Source: Felis catus (Eukaryota). From it: DNA of 64,000 bases. The position numbers were made by a program, and so were the translations under genes. Under the pieces are notes generated by a model. It saw only the letters and a program-made list of their open reading frames with translations. It did not search any database and was not told where the DNA came from. The DNA lies in NCBI RefSeq assembly GCF_018350175.1, contig NC_058368.1, forward strand, positions 184,514,001 through 184,578,000, in the 5' to 3' direction. Shown here piece by piece: positions 34,991 to 47,902 of this stretch (within the stretch, counting starts at the first letter, position 1; each line of letters starts with the position of its first letter).

Positions 34991-35999
34991 ATGACTGGGT
35001 CATTTAGGGAGGGAGAAAAGAAGGAAAATAGATGTAAGGAAATACTCACATATACTATAATTATAGTATAGAGTGACAGTATAGAGTGACAATGTTCATA
35101 TATTTGAAGTACATATGCATATGTATGTAAATAAATATATACATACATATATACACACATATATATGAAATATACCCACACATGTATGCATGTGTGTGTG
35201 TGTCCCATTCAAAAAGTCATGAAACATGGGGGAATTAAAATGTATTATAAAAAGTCTTTTCTATCACACAAAAAATTTATGCATTATAACTTTTAAATGG
35301 TCTTTTTGCTGATTTTTTTAAGACTTTTATAAGTCCCCTATAATCTCTCTGTCATTAGGGAAAATGAAAGAAGAAGTCATGGTCCTTGATCTATTGAGTA
35401 GAAAAATATACACATATAAAATAATTGAAGAATAAAACAAGTTGAAGTTTCTATGATACAAAGCTCAGAAGTGTGCATAATTGTATTCCATAATGACCCC
35501 TCACTTTGTCAAAGTCATTATACAGAGGATTTGACTTGGCTGTCTAGAGGGCAGTCCAAGTAAGAGACACCATATATATAAAGGCACAGAAGAGGCAGAA
35601 GTAAGCGTGCACATTTCAATATACTATTGTATAGTATAGAAGCAGTATAATAAAGATGCAGAGGCCTGGTGAAGAAATAGTAAGAGAGAAAGCTGAGAAG
35701 GAAGGAGAATTGATATCTATATCTATATATTAAACATATTAAAACTAAAAATTAGGTTGAAATCTTTTCATAAATTTCTACCCAATTTAGAAGCATGCAT
35801 ATCAGTTTGTCATTTGTTTGCAGAATTTACCATTTCCAATTGTGATTTTGTTTTTCTATCTTCATTTAGCTTAATCTATGCTGAGGACCCCCAAACCAAA
35901 GAATGTGGTATATTCTTTCTTTGTTTTAATCATTTAACTGACAGCTAACATAATGCTCCCATTTCTAAAGAAATGAAAGAGCAAAGTTGTCTATGCTTG

Positions 36000-36718
36000 C
36001 TCTGATTCTACAGTCAAAAGCAGCTGGAGTTTATACAAAGGTTCGTTCAGACAGTTCAGACCCAATTGGAGCAGGTTATTTTCTTTTCCACTTCTGACTG
36101 TGAAAGACCTGGTGCCAGGTTATCATTTCCAGAAAACACCTATGCCAGAAAAACCTGCAGATAGAGACTTTTTTTTTCCTTTCTGAATTGTTAGCTGGTC
36201 TCGCAGCACATTTTGAATGTAACCTTTTTAATCCCTGCATTTGCAATTAGAGATTAAAATTCCATTCCAAGCGCCATTCGGCAGATGGCAAAGCATGAAA
36301 AAACTGAAGGTAGTTTAAAATTGTATTTATACAGAACACCAGATGAATTTGCCAGGCTGTTTCTTCCTGAGTTTATATATTCACTTGTGAAAATTGATTG
36401 TTTAAGATGTAGATTTCATTCGCAGGGATTTAGCATTTTTATAGGATTTTTAAAGCATCAATTAATCCATCTCTTTTGTTCAGCACAGTTGCTTTAAATA
36501 TGGAAGTAAAATCTATATTTAAAGCAACTGCTTCTGAAAAAGATTAAGTCACCTGTACAGGGTCACCAAGGTAGGTTCAGAAAGGCCACATGATAATGAA
36601 ATGGACAGGCCACTGAACCAAAGCATCTATTAAGTGGAAACCCCATTACATCTTAGGCCATGTAGGCAGTTTGATTCTTAATTAAGATTTTTTTCCTTTA
36701 AAATCCTCCAAAAGCTTT
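36000..36718 (-). pseudogene. NIDO-like domain remnants (about three exons)
   Basis: FW.DF, LNRCF, W.F..T.W, QVT (36718-36530); VNI...TILNY (36385-36250); AGFSGIGVFWK**PGTRS and EVEKK.N (36158-36070). Confidence 0.55.
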
Positions 36719-38317
36719 TTAAAAAATCCTTATAGCTTTTAAATGTTTACTGACATACAACAGATTCAGAAAAGTTCACACGTCATAAATATATAGCTTA
36801 AGGAATTTTTAACATGAGAATACCCACGTAAAAACCTCCCAGAACAAGAAATTAAAAATTACTCCCAACCCAGAAGTCACCCTTGTGCTCCTTCCCAAGT
36901 TATTTCTTCTCCGAAAAATCACTATTCTAATTCTAGCACCAAAGATTAAACTATATCTTAGTGAAATTCACATAAGTAGACACATACAGTATTTACTAAT
37001 TTGTGTCTGGCTTCATTCACACATTTTATTTAAGACTCATCCATTCTACTGCATGCAGGGATATTTGTTCACTGTCACTGCTGCATGTAAGTATATTTTA
37101 TAAATATTTCACAATTTATCCAATTTACAATTGATGAGCTTTTGGGATTTTTCCAGTTTGGAAGGATCACAAATAGTGCTTCTATGATCATTTTTAATAT
37201 GTTGGTGAACATACGTGTGCATGTCCAAAAGAACTAGACCTATTTGTAGAATTGGTCACAGATCTCAACAGCACTGGACATTACTGGTCTTTTTCATGTT
37301 AGCAATCTGGTGAGGATATAGTTGCTTTGTATTGTAATTTTAATTTGCACCTTCCTGATAACTAATTGAGCACACTTCCATATTTATCAGTGATTTGTAA
37401 AGTGTTTGTTGAAGTCATTGGGCCATTACTAATTCATCTTTTTTACAAAATTTCCAGTGGATGCAAATCTCTCATGAGATAAATGTCTTGCGAATAATTT
37501 CTACCCTGGGGTTTGCTTTTCCACTCTCTGGGGTCCTTAACAGGTTCTTAATTTTGAAAAATTCAATTCAGCAATAATTTTTTTTCTGTATGCCTAGTGC
37601 TTTTTATGTTTTGTTTTATCAATCATTGCCTCTCTTAAATTCCCAAAGTGAACCATGCTATATTCTAAAATCTCTATTGTTTCAACTTTTAAATTGAGTC
37701 AACAGTCCAAATTTATTTTTGTACATTGTGCCAATAGGGATTAAAGTCATTATGTTCCATTTAGATATGCCATTGATCCAACACCTTTTATTGGAAAGAC
37801 TACCCTTACCCCTTAACTATTGACGCACTGCAGTGACATCTTCTTCACAAATCAATTGATCATATATATGTGGTTCTATTTCTGGACCCTATATTCTACT
37901 TTTTGTCAATAGTATACCATTTATTGTGTAGCTTTGTAAGTCTCAATAGCGGGTGGAATAAGTCTTCCAATTTTGTTCTCAGTCAATAATTCCTTGACTA
38001 TTTTGGTCCTCTGCCTTTCCAGATAAAGAATTATGAATTTCTATAAAAAAGTATAACCTACAGGGATTTTGACCAAAATTACATTGCAAATAGGTTATTT
38101 TGGTGAAAACTGACATTATTGTAATATTGGTTTTCATTGCATTATTATGATATATCCATCTATTTATTGATGACTCTAATTTCTCTAAATAACATTTTGT
38201 TATTTTCTGTGTAAATATACATAATTTAATAGTCTTATTTCTAATTATTTGCTTTGTTTTGGAATTATGCTATAGTTTCAAATTTTTATTTTCTGATTGT
38301 TTACTGCTGACATTTAA

Positions 38318-38319
<2 letters not shown>

Positions 38320-38355
<36 letters not shown>
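38320..38355. repeat. (GT)n microsatellite
   Basis: Direct read. Confidence 0.95.
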
Positions 38356-38356
<1 letters not shown>

Positions 38357-39299
38357 GACTGATTTCAGAGAATTTGCTAAGCCTATTTATTAACTCTAAT
38401 GGTTTGCCAGTAGATATTTATGGGTATTCCAAGTATAGAATCGTATTTGTAAATAATGACTTTTTTTTTCTTTCTTTCATAAATTGATACCTATTATTTC
38501 CTTTTCTTTCATTATTGCCACTGGCTAGAACTTCCAATAAAATGTTTGAGAGAAGTGGTCATTGGGGATATTTTTGTTTTATTTTGGATCTCAGGGGAAA
38601 ATAGTTCAATAATTCATTCTAAATTAAGACATTTACCGTAGGCTTTTTTATATTCTATAAAATTGTGTTATTTCCCTTTTACTCCTTTTACTTATGTTGA
38701 GATTTTATCATGCCTATGTGTTTGCATTTATTAAATTCTGTATTTTTGTATTTATTGTGATAATCACATATTTGTTTTCTCTTTAACTCTATTAATGTGA
38801 TGAAGATCAGTGATTATTTTTGAAATATTATATCTTGTATTCTTGAATTAAATACTATTTCATGATACTAGGTAATACTTTATATATTGCATGTTTTGGT
38901 TTTCTAATATTTTTATCGCATTTTTCAGTTATGTCACATAATAAGGTTTGATCCATAATTTTGCTATCCTGTAATGCCCCTGACAAGTTTTGATACCATG
39001 ACTATGCTAGTTTTATAAAATGAGTTGATAAAAATTCTTTTTCTATCCTATGGATAAAGCTGGTGTTCTCTCTTTCTTAAATTTTTTGGAAGAATTTGCT
39101 AGTGAAAATCTATACGTCTAATGCTCTCTTTTATAAAATTTTAGTATTAATTTATGCATGTATTTATTTTTGTGGGTTCATGATTTTCCTTTGATGTAGA
39201 AACAATTAAAAATATCAATTTCTTCTTCTTTCACTTTTGATAACTGTGTTTTTAGAGGTTTTACCCATTTCACATAAATTATAATATGTATTGTTAAAG

Positions 39300-39398
39300 C
39301 TTTTTGTTTGTAAGCTCTATGCCCAATGTGGGGACTTGAACTCATGACCCCAAGATCAAGAGTTGCATGCTATACTGACTGAGCCAGCCAGGCATCCC
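39300..39398 (-). mobile_element. Short old Can-SINE
   Basis: GATCAAGAGTTGCATGCT...GACTGAGCCAGCCAGG. Confidence 0.8.
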
Positions 39399-39509
39399 TA
39401 AGTTATTTTATTTTCTTTTTTATATCTTTTTTTATATTTTGATGTCTGTAGGCTCCAAAGTACTTTAATTTTCTTTATCGCTGATACTGACAATTTGTGC
39501 TTTCTTTTT

Positions 39510-39744
39510 GTTTTTTAATTAATAAATTCAGTTTTTTAATGCTCATCTTTTCTTTGAGAGACAGAGCATTGAGACAGAGCGTGAGCGGGGCAGGGGCAGA
39601 GAGAGGGAGACACAGACTCTGAAGAAGGTTCCAGGCTCTGAGCTCTCAGCACAGAGCCCGACATGGGGCTCAAACTCACAGACCACAAGATCATGACCTG
39701 CGCCGAAGTTGGTCACTCAACCAATGGAGCCACCCAGGTACCCC
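39510..39744 (-). mobile_element. Can-SINE (Fc type)
   Basis: CCAGGCTCTGAGCT...GATCATGACC...GAGCCACCCAGG. Confidence 0.92.
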
Positions 39745-40655
39745 TGTGTTGTCTTTCTTGATTAAAGGTATTTTAATCATATTAGTTTTCAAAAAAAGAT
39801 GACTAGCTTCTCTGACTTTTCCCTATACAAATTTATTATTTTATTACCTTTTCTCATCTATTATTTTCTTTCCTTTATTTTAGTTTATTTCCTATTTTCT
39901 TTTATCATTTTAATTAGATAATAAAATTATTCTTCTCAACTTTTTTTCTCTTCCAATATATACATTTAAGGCTATATATTTTCCTAGAAGTATGGCTACA
40001 GCTGTATCTCACATGCTTTCATAAGTAGTACTTTTTATCACTTAGTTTGTAATTGTAATTGGAATTCTAATCTTTGGAACTTGTAAAGATTTGTTTTAGG
40101 AACCAACATATGGTCTGTACATTTGAAATGAATGAACCCTGTAGTTGTTGATATGGTGTTCTATAGATATCAATTATATCATGTCATGCACTGAGAAAAT
40201 TTTATGTATTTCTATGAATTTTCTATTATATGTATTGAGACAGGCTTGTCAAAATCTTCAACTGCTGGGTGTGAAGTAGACTAATTTTTAATGCTTTTAT
40301 TTTTTTATGTTATTGTATACACAAAGAGAGAATTGTTATATTTTTCTACTAGATTGATCTTTCTGTAATTATAAAATGTCTGTAGATCCAACAATTTTTT
40401 TTTACGGTCTACTTTTTCTGATGTTGTATAATTATGACAGCATTCTATTATATATGGTTTGCTTTTTCTATTTTATTCTAATACTTTTATTTCACTATTT
40501 CTCTACCCTTATATTTATGGTATATTCCTTACAAATAGTATACAGTCAGGGCTTGCTCTTTATCTAGACTGACAATGTTTTTTACTTGGGTCATTCAGTC
40601 CACCTGCATTTAATATGACTATTAGTATGTTTGGGCTTATTTTACTTCCTAATTC

Positions 40656-40853
40656 TTTTTTTTAAGTTTATTTATTTATTTTGAGAGAGAGTGAGAAAGC
40701 ATGTGCAAGTGGGGAGGGGCAGAGACAGAGAGAAAGAGAGAATCCCAGGCAGGCTCTAAGCTCAGGGTGGAGCCTGATGCATGACCCCAAGATCACCAGT
40801 GGAGCCGGTATCAAGAGATGGACGCTTAGACGACTGAGCCACCCAGGTGCCCC
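40656..40853 (-). mobile_element. Can-SINE
   Basis: GAGAATCCCAGGCAGGC...GACTGAGCCACCCAGGTGCCCC. Confidence 0.88.
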
Positions 40854-41013
40854 TATGCCCTTATTCTTTGTTTTTCAATGGCCCGATCTGGTTTTTTGTT
40901 ATTTTTTTTCTTCCTTCCTGTTTTCTTGTAAAGTAACTAACCATATTTTATTTCATTTTCACCCACCATTAGCTTTAAGTTATATGTTATCATTTTTAAA
41001 AAGTTACCTTAAA

Positions 41014-41272
41014 GAAAATAAAACAAATGAACAATAGGAAAAAAGTGAGGGGGGAGGCAAACCAAGAAACAGTTATTCTCTTAACTATAGAGAATAAACT
41101 GATGGTTAGCAGAGGGGAGGTAGGTAGGGGGGTAGGGGAAATAGGTACAGGGATTAAGGAGTGCACTTGTTGTGATGAACAGAGGGTATTATATGGAAGT
41201 GCTGAATTGCTATATTGTACACCTGAAACCAATATTACACTGTATGTTAATTAACAGAAATCTAAATAAAGA
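41014..41272 (+). mobile_element. Carnivore L1 3' end
   Basis: GAGAATAAACTGATGG...CCTGAAACCAATATTACACTG; degenerate TSD AAAAGTTACCTTAAAGA / AAAATTACTTTAAAGA. Confidence 0.85.
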
Positions 41273-41653
41273 GTATTTGAAAATTACTTTAAAGATTATA
41301 CTACCATTTTGACATATTAAATTCTACTAAAAGTTAGTACTTTTACCACTACCAGGGCAATGCAAGAATATTAGAACTCTTTAAATCCATTTACTCCTCT
41401 CCACTATTTCATATAATTGTCATCTATTTTTATTCCAATTACATTTATTGCTTTGTAGTCAATATAGATTTATATTTACCCACATATTTACTTTTATTGC
41501 TCTTCATTACTTACTGAATTTTCACACTTTTATAAGAGATAATTTTCCTTCTCCTTGAACAACTCCCCTAAAATTTTCTTTCACTTTAAGTGTGCTGACA
41601 ATAAATTCCATTTTTTCCAGATAATATTTTTCTTCACTTTTTTTCTTCCACGT

Positions 41654-41910
41654 TTTTACTTAAATTCCAGTTAGTTAACATAAAGTGTAATAAATACTAG
41701 CTGCAGTTGTAGAATTTAGTGATTCATCACTTATATACAATACCCAGTGCTCATCACAAGTGCCTTCCTTAATACCCATCACCTATTTAACCCATCCCCC
41801 TGCCCACCTCCCCTCCAGTAACCCTCAGTTTGTTCTCTATAGTTAAGAGTCTGTTTTCTGGTATGCCTCTCTTTTTATCCCCCTATGTTCATCTGTTTTG
41901 TTTCTTAAGT
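41654..41910 (-). mobile_element. Carnivore L1 3' end
   Basis: GATTCATCACTTATATACAATACCCAGTGCTC...ACCCTCAGTTTGTTCTC. Confidence 0.85.
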
Positions 41911-43049
41911 TTTCTCCACTTTTGATTTTTAAGACGAGAAGTTTTTTCCTTTCACTACTTGAAAGATATTATCTTAATGTCTTCTGGCTTCCATCACCTA
42001 TGCTAAATATCTATTCATTACTCTTACTGTTGTAACTTTGGAATTTTATCCTAGCTATTCTTGAGATATTTTCTTAATCTTTGATTAGAATATAATGAAC
42101 CCAGGTATGTATATGTATGTGTGTGTTTGGTTTTTATTTTGAAAATTTATACTGCTGGGGTGTTGAGAAAAAAAACTTCCTAAATCTGCATTGATATACC
42201 TCATCAGATTTGGAAAAACCATGGCCATTCTACCTCTAAAGACTGCTTGTATCTTATTCAATTCTCTCTTCTCCTTTTAGAACTCTATATATTTGATAGA
42301 CCTTTTTGTACTATCCCATGTATCTCAAATGTTCTTTTATATTTTCCCTAATAGTTTCTATCTGAACATTTTCAATTCATCTGTCTGTAGTAAATAGTTT
42401 TATTTTCTGCTATTAAACCTACTAGGTTTATAATTGTCATTTAATTTTTTTTAATTCTAAAATTTCCATTTGATTCTTTATTATTGATTCTAATGTTTTA
42501 TTCCCCACATTCTTATTTATTTTCTTAAACATAACAATGAGCAATTTTAAATCCTTGAACTACAAATTTTTGTATTGCTAAAATCAGGATTCTGATAAAA
42601 ACTCTGCTTAGATTTTTAGCCTCCATTCCTTTATGCTTGGCTTTTTAGCCTTCTGCTCTACCCAGAATGTTTCCACTGGGAAAGAACCATAGAACGTCAG
42701 GTCCATTGGGGTGTTGTTTTCTTCTCTAGAAACTTGGCCTCTCAAGTGCTGACTTCCTTTATAGCCCTGAACTCCATCTGTTATCAATTCAACCCCCGAA
42801 GACATGTAAAAGGTCTGAGCCACTGCTCTCTACCCATACCACTTATAAACTAGAGAACATTTTTAAGAAGTGGAAGAGAATGTTAGGTTTATCTCACCCT
42901 TTTCTTCACTATCTGTAAACCTCAAGCCCTGGGTGTTTTGGTTACTTTAAAATGCCTTTTGCATTTTTTTCATTCCACCTTTATGACAATTCTCCATAAA
43001 GGATTGGTCACATACAACCTATTCTATCATAGCCAAAGGCAGAAATCTT

Positions 43050-43135
43050 CTATCTTAGACTTTTGTAAAACTTCAAAGTTTGAAGCTGTAAGGTAGACTA
43101 GAAGAATAATTGAAAAAAAAATGATATTACAGATG
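43050..43135 (-). pseudogene. 5' part of NIDO-region exon, separated from 36718 by the old L1
   Basis: VISF-x8-PYSFKL after allowing a 1-nt slip in a T9 run (cf. IISF-x8-PxxFP of SNED1/TECTA-type proteins). Confidence 0.45.
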
Positions 43136-43529
43136 CAAATATAAGTTGAAATACTGTTAATTGCAAACTGATAATGGATATGGGGGGATGAATTATAATA
43201 TGTGGAATAAAATACCTATTTTTAAATCCCAGTAATAAGACTCAATAGCTCTAATGCTAGAGCTAGTCACATAAACTTTCTGACTATTGGTTTTCATCTG
43301 TATATAAGAATAAAAATTAATAAGATTAAATGATGTTTTAAGATGAAAATCATTTGTGAGTTGAAATGCAAGATACTAAGGAAATTCAGAAAATTCCAGG
43401 TACTTACTTTTAAATGAAAAGGATCAGAATGTGACACATAATAATCTGCTCCACAGATAAGAGCTCTTTGTGGGTTCTGAGAAGTTATTTTTCAATGGGT
43501 TTTTACTTACTCAAAACAAACCTAACTAA

Positions 43530-46128
43530 AATATGATGCATAACAAAAGAAAATAGAAAAATGAACAGACTATGACAAGTAAAGAGATTAAAATAGGAAT
43601 TAAAAAAATCCTCCCCCCCCCACACACACACACACAAAGCCCAACTAGAGATAATTTCGCTGGTGATCTGACAAAACACTTAACGAATCTAAAAGACACA
43701 ACAAGAAAACCATGGACCATTTTCTCTTATGCATACAGACCCAAAAATCTTCGATAGAATACTAGCATACCAAATCCAAAAATATATGAAAAAAGATTAT
43801 GCACAATGATCAAATGGAATTTATCTCAGGAATGCAAGGTTGGTTTAATATGGAAAAATCTATTAATGTAATAGACCATATCAACAGATAAAATTAAAAC
43901 CCCAAACCATATACTCAACACTAAATTGCACAAAAAGCAATTGACAAAATCCAACACCATTTCACGATTAAAAAAATATCTAGGCATAGAAGGAAACTTG
44001 CTCAACACAATAAAGATCATCTATGAAAAATCACAAGCAACATCCACTTAATTTTGAAGAACTGGATATTTCCTCTAGAGGTCAGCAACAAAACAAGGAT
44101 GTCTACTCTCTTTACTTTTACTAAACATTGTACTGGGAGTTGTAGCCAGGGCATTAGGACAAGTAAATAAAATAAAAATATACCTAAATTAGAAAAAAGA
44201 AATAAAATTATCTCTATTCACAAATGACATGATCTTGCACAGAGAAAGTTGTAATCTACTGTTAGAAAAGAAATTATTTCAGCAAAGTTGCAGGATACAA
44301 AAATCAATATAAAAAACCAATCATGGGGCACCTGGGTGGCTCAGTTGGTTGAGCGGCTGACTTTGGCTCAGGTCATGATCTCACAGTCCATGAGTTCAAG
44401 CCCCCCCGCATCGGGCTCTATGCTGACAACTCGGAGCCTGAGGCCTGCTTCAGATTCTGTGTCTCCCTTTCTCTGGCCCTCCCCCGTTCATGCTATGTCT
44501 CTCTCTGTCTCAAAAATAAATAAACATTTTAAAAAATCATATTCTTGTTATCTACCGATAAACAATATAAACATAAAGTTAACAAAACAATTCAACTTAC
44601 AAAAGCATCAAGGTGAATAAAGGGCTGCTTAGAAATAAATGTAACAAAAGAAGTATATTATTCATATCCTGAAAACTGCAATACACTGCTCATGGAAATT
44701 AAAGAAACTCTAAATGAATAGAAAGACATCTCACAGTCATGTTCAGAAGACTTAATGTTGTTAACATAGCAAGACTTTCCAAATTGATTTACAGATTCAA
44801 TGCAATTTCTATGAATCCCAATAGCTCCTTTGCAGAAATGAACAAGTTGATACTAAAAAAATATATACAAACTCAAAGAACTCAGAATAGCCAAAACAAT
44901 ATTGAAAACAAAGTTAGAGGATTCATACTTCTGATTGTAAAAGTTACTACAAAGCAACTATAATGAAGGCAGCATTGTCCTGGCACAGGATAGACATATA
45001 AATGAAAAGAATACAAGTGAGTGTCCAGAAATAACCTCTGGATTTGGCAGAGGTTCATAGGCATGAAACTGAGCACAGGCAACACAAGTAAGAGCAGATA
45101 AATTAAACTTCACCATAACTGAAAACATCTATGCTATGCTTCAACGAACACTAGGAGGAAAGTGAAAAAACACAACTCACAGAATGGAAGGAAATATTTG
45201 CAAGTCATATATCTAACAAGGTACTTGTATCTAGAATACATAAAGAACTCCCACAACTCAAAAATTTTAAAGAAAAGATAATCCAATGACAAATTGGTGA
45301 AGGATTAAATAGACAGACATGTCTCCAAAGAAGATATAAAAACAACCAATAAGCCCATAAAAAGATGCTCAGTATTATTAGTTATTAGGGAAATGCAAAT
45401 CAAAACCGCAATGACATACCACTTTAACCCACTAATATGGTTAGAATCAAAAAGTCAGACAACGGGAATTTATAAGGATGTAGAAAAAACTGAAACCTTT
45501 ATACAAGGTTTGTGGGAATTTAAAATGGTGCAGCTGCTTTGGAAAACAGTTTGGCAATTCCTCAAAAATGTAAATATACAATTACTATCTTACCAAGCAA
45601 TTTTACTCCTAGGTTTATACCAAAGACAAACACATGCATCCACAGAAAAACTTATTCCCAAATGCAGCACTATTCATAATATCCAAAATGTGAAAACCAC
45701 CGCAATGTTCACGAACATGTGGTATATGTGAAGAAACAAAATGTGGTACATCCAGGAAATGAAATATTATTCAACAATAAAAAGGAATAGAACACTGCTT
45801 CAAAATGGAATACTGTTGAAAACACTATGCTAAATAAAAGAATTTGGTCATAGAAGATCATGCATTATTTGATCCCATTTTTATGAAATGTACAGAATAG
45901 TCAAATCTATAAAGACAGAAATTAGTGATTGTGTAGGGATGAGGGGAGGCGTAGGGATTGGAGGGTGATAGCTAAAGGGTATAGGGTTTGTTTTAGGGGC
46001 AATTACAATGTTCCAATATTGTGGTGATGCTTGCATCACTCTGTGAATATACTAGAAACCACTGTCATCATATAGTTTAAACAGGTAACTTGTATGGTAT
46101 GTCAATTATTTCTTACTAAAGCTGCTAA
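43530..46128 (+). mobile_element. Old L1M (L1MA/MB-like) ORF2 3' half and 3' UTR
   Basis: ORF fragments LSKLIYRFNAI, MQIKTAM, LWKTVWQFLK. Confidence 0.85.
44325..44536 (+). mobile_element. Can-SINE (Fc type)
   Basis: GGGGCACCTGGGTGGCTCAG head, CT tract, A tail, flanks AATCAT. Confidence 0.95.
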
Positions 46129-46352
46129 CCCATCCCCACCCAAAATAGAGGGTATATATATTCAGCACTGGCACTAGGTACTATAAGAATTTAAAATATA
46201 TTAATTCCTCATTTTCATAAATATAAGATCTATAGAAAGAAGACACAAATATATATATATATATTTTTTTTAATTAAACACCACACCAACAAATACACAT
46301 TTGCCTCATTTTTAGACCCTAAATTTCAGTGGCTTTTAAAATGTTTACATGA

Positions 46353-47047
46353 CAGAGTGGCTAAAATGAACAAGTCAGGAGACGATAGATGCTGGAGAGG
46401 ATGTGGAGAAATGAGAACCCTCTTGCACTCTTGGTGGGAATACAAACTGGTGCAGCCACTCTAGAAAACAGTGTGAAGGTTCCTCAAAAAATTAAAAATG
46501 CATCTACCCTACGACCCAGCAATAGCACTACTGTGGATTTACTCAAGGGATACAGGAGTGTTGATGCATAGGGGCACTTGTACCACAATGTTTATAGCAG
46601 CACTTTCAACAGCCAAATTATGGAAAGAGACTAAATGTTCATCAACTGATGAATGGATAAAGAAGATATGGTTTATATATACAATGGACTACTACTTGGC
46701 AATGAGAAAGAATGAAATCTGGCTATTTCTAGAAACATGGATGGAACTGGAGAGTATTAGGCTAAGTGAAATAAGTCAGGCAGAGAAAGACAGATACCAT
46801 AGGTTTTCACTCGTATGTGGATCCTGAGAAACTTAATATAGGACCATGGAGGAAGGGAAGGGGTAAAAAAAAAAAAGTTACAGAGAGGGAAGGAGGCAAA
46901 CCATAAGATACTCTTGAATACTGAGAACAAACTGAGGGTTAATGGGGGGTGAGGGAGAGGGGAAAGTAGGTGATGGTCACTGAGGAGGGCACCTGTTGGG
47001 ATGAGCACTGGGTATTGTATGGAAACCAATTTGACAATAAATTTTAT

Positions 47048-47081
<34 letters not shown>

Positions 47082-47308
47082 CAAGAATTAAATAAAAATT
47101 TGGCATAAAACTGGGGAAAATATATATATATATACATATACTAGTTCTGAACTTCTTTCTGTTAACAATGAAAGGATCCTTCATTTAAAAAAATCATTTG
47201 TATAAAGTGGAATAATGTTGAAGTGATCAAACTATCTTTTTGAGAGGGAGGCATTGAAACTCTGTATCTGAATAAAAAACTGGGGAAAATGAAAAAAATA
47301 AATAGATC
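46353..47308 (+). mobile_element. 5'-truncated feliform L1 with extra 3' sequence inside the TSD
   Basis: ORF2 C-terminus LPYDPAIALL...LSEISQ; 14-bp TSD AAATGTTTACATGA at 46339-46352 and 47309-47322. Confidence 0.9.
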
Positions 47309-47773
47309 AAATGTTTACATGAATAAAAGTAGGATATATCTTAAAATCAAGGTATAATTTGATGTAGGCTACTACTCCTCATAACAACTATTATTTACCC
47401 TTCCTCAGTAACTTGGAATCAAATAAAATATAATGGAAAACAATTTGTATTCCACATGTCAAAAAGCACATTACAAATTCATGCAAGAAGTCTCATACTA
47501 CTGAGATCTGAAATGGTCACAGAAGCCTTTATCAAGATTTGGGCTCAAAGAAATCTTTGAAGAATGGGCAATGTGCAGATTGTGAGAAAAAGCAAGAAAA
47601 AAAACTTTCAGGCACTTTTTATGGAATTTCTGCAGATGCCTTATACTTTCATTCCCCTTTGCTTCTACTTCTATGCCCTTGTTTTTAAACATACCAGACA
47701 CACACATTGGCTGCATATAATCATCCAGTAAAGAATGAGGTCCATGTATTTTTTTATAAGTCACACATACTAC

Positions 47774-47825
47774 CAATACAAATACTTTACACAATTCAAG
47801 AAAAAAATAGGTAAAAATAACGCAT
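47774..47825 (-). pseudogene. Putative first coding exon (signal peptide) of the fossil gene
   Basis: ACA-ATG, MRYFYLFFS*IV*SICI + G|gtagta; 52 nt, phase 1. Confidence 0.4.
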
Positions 47826-47902
47826 TGTTTAATAAAAGATGAGGGAGTTATAATGATTCTCTGATAGTCTACTGTCTTACTCATACAAAAGCAACAATTG
47901 TG

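Larger units (their letters stand above)
36720..43045 (-). mobile_element. Very old L1 (L1ME/MC-like) with nested SINEs and L1 fragments
   Basis: Highly diverged antisense L1 3' UTR and ORF2 motifs. Confidence 0.75.
43408..46180 (-). pseudogene. Putative exon 2 (46180-46130 + 43520-43408) split by an L1
   Basis: ttcttatag|TA PSASAEYIYP...GGD; KNPLKNN...LCVTF*SF |gtaagt (cf. YPxG..GD..P..DD..L..PFxFFG). Confidence 0.5.
600..47825 (-). pseudogene. Decayed multi-exon gene: signal peptide - NIDO-like - EGF-like repeats - ~20 FN3-like repeats (SNED1-like N-terminus, much longer FN3 array)
   Basis: About 30 collinear minus-strand blocks, many AG/GT-bounded and starting in phase 1, with domain motifs in a coherent order; many stops/frameshifts; manual reading only. 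Confidence 0.7.

Noticed and set aside
34060..36500. Conserved-enhancer interpretation of the two complex islands
   Set aside because: Minus-strand EGF and NIDO motifs explain their composition, though later exaptation as enhancers cannot be excluded.
600..47825. Assigning the symbol SNED1 or a tenascin
   Set aside because: Domain counts do not fit and the locus is disabled; no symbol can be given without a database search.
47498..47884. 128-aa ORF, the longest non-L1 ORF
   Set aside because: No recognisable domain; the signal-peptide candidate is in a different frame.
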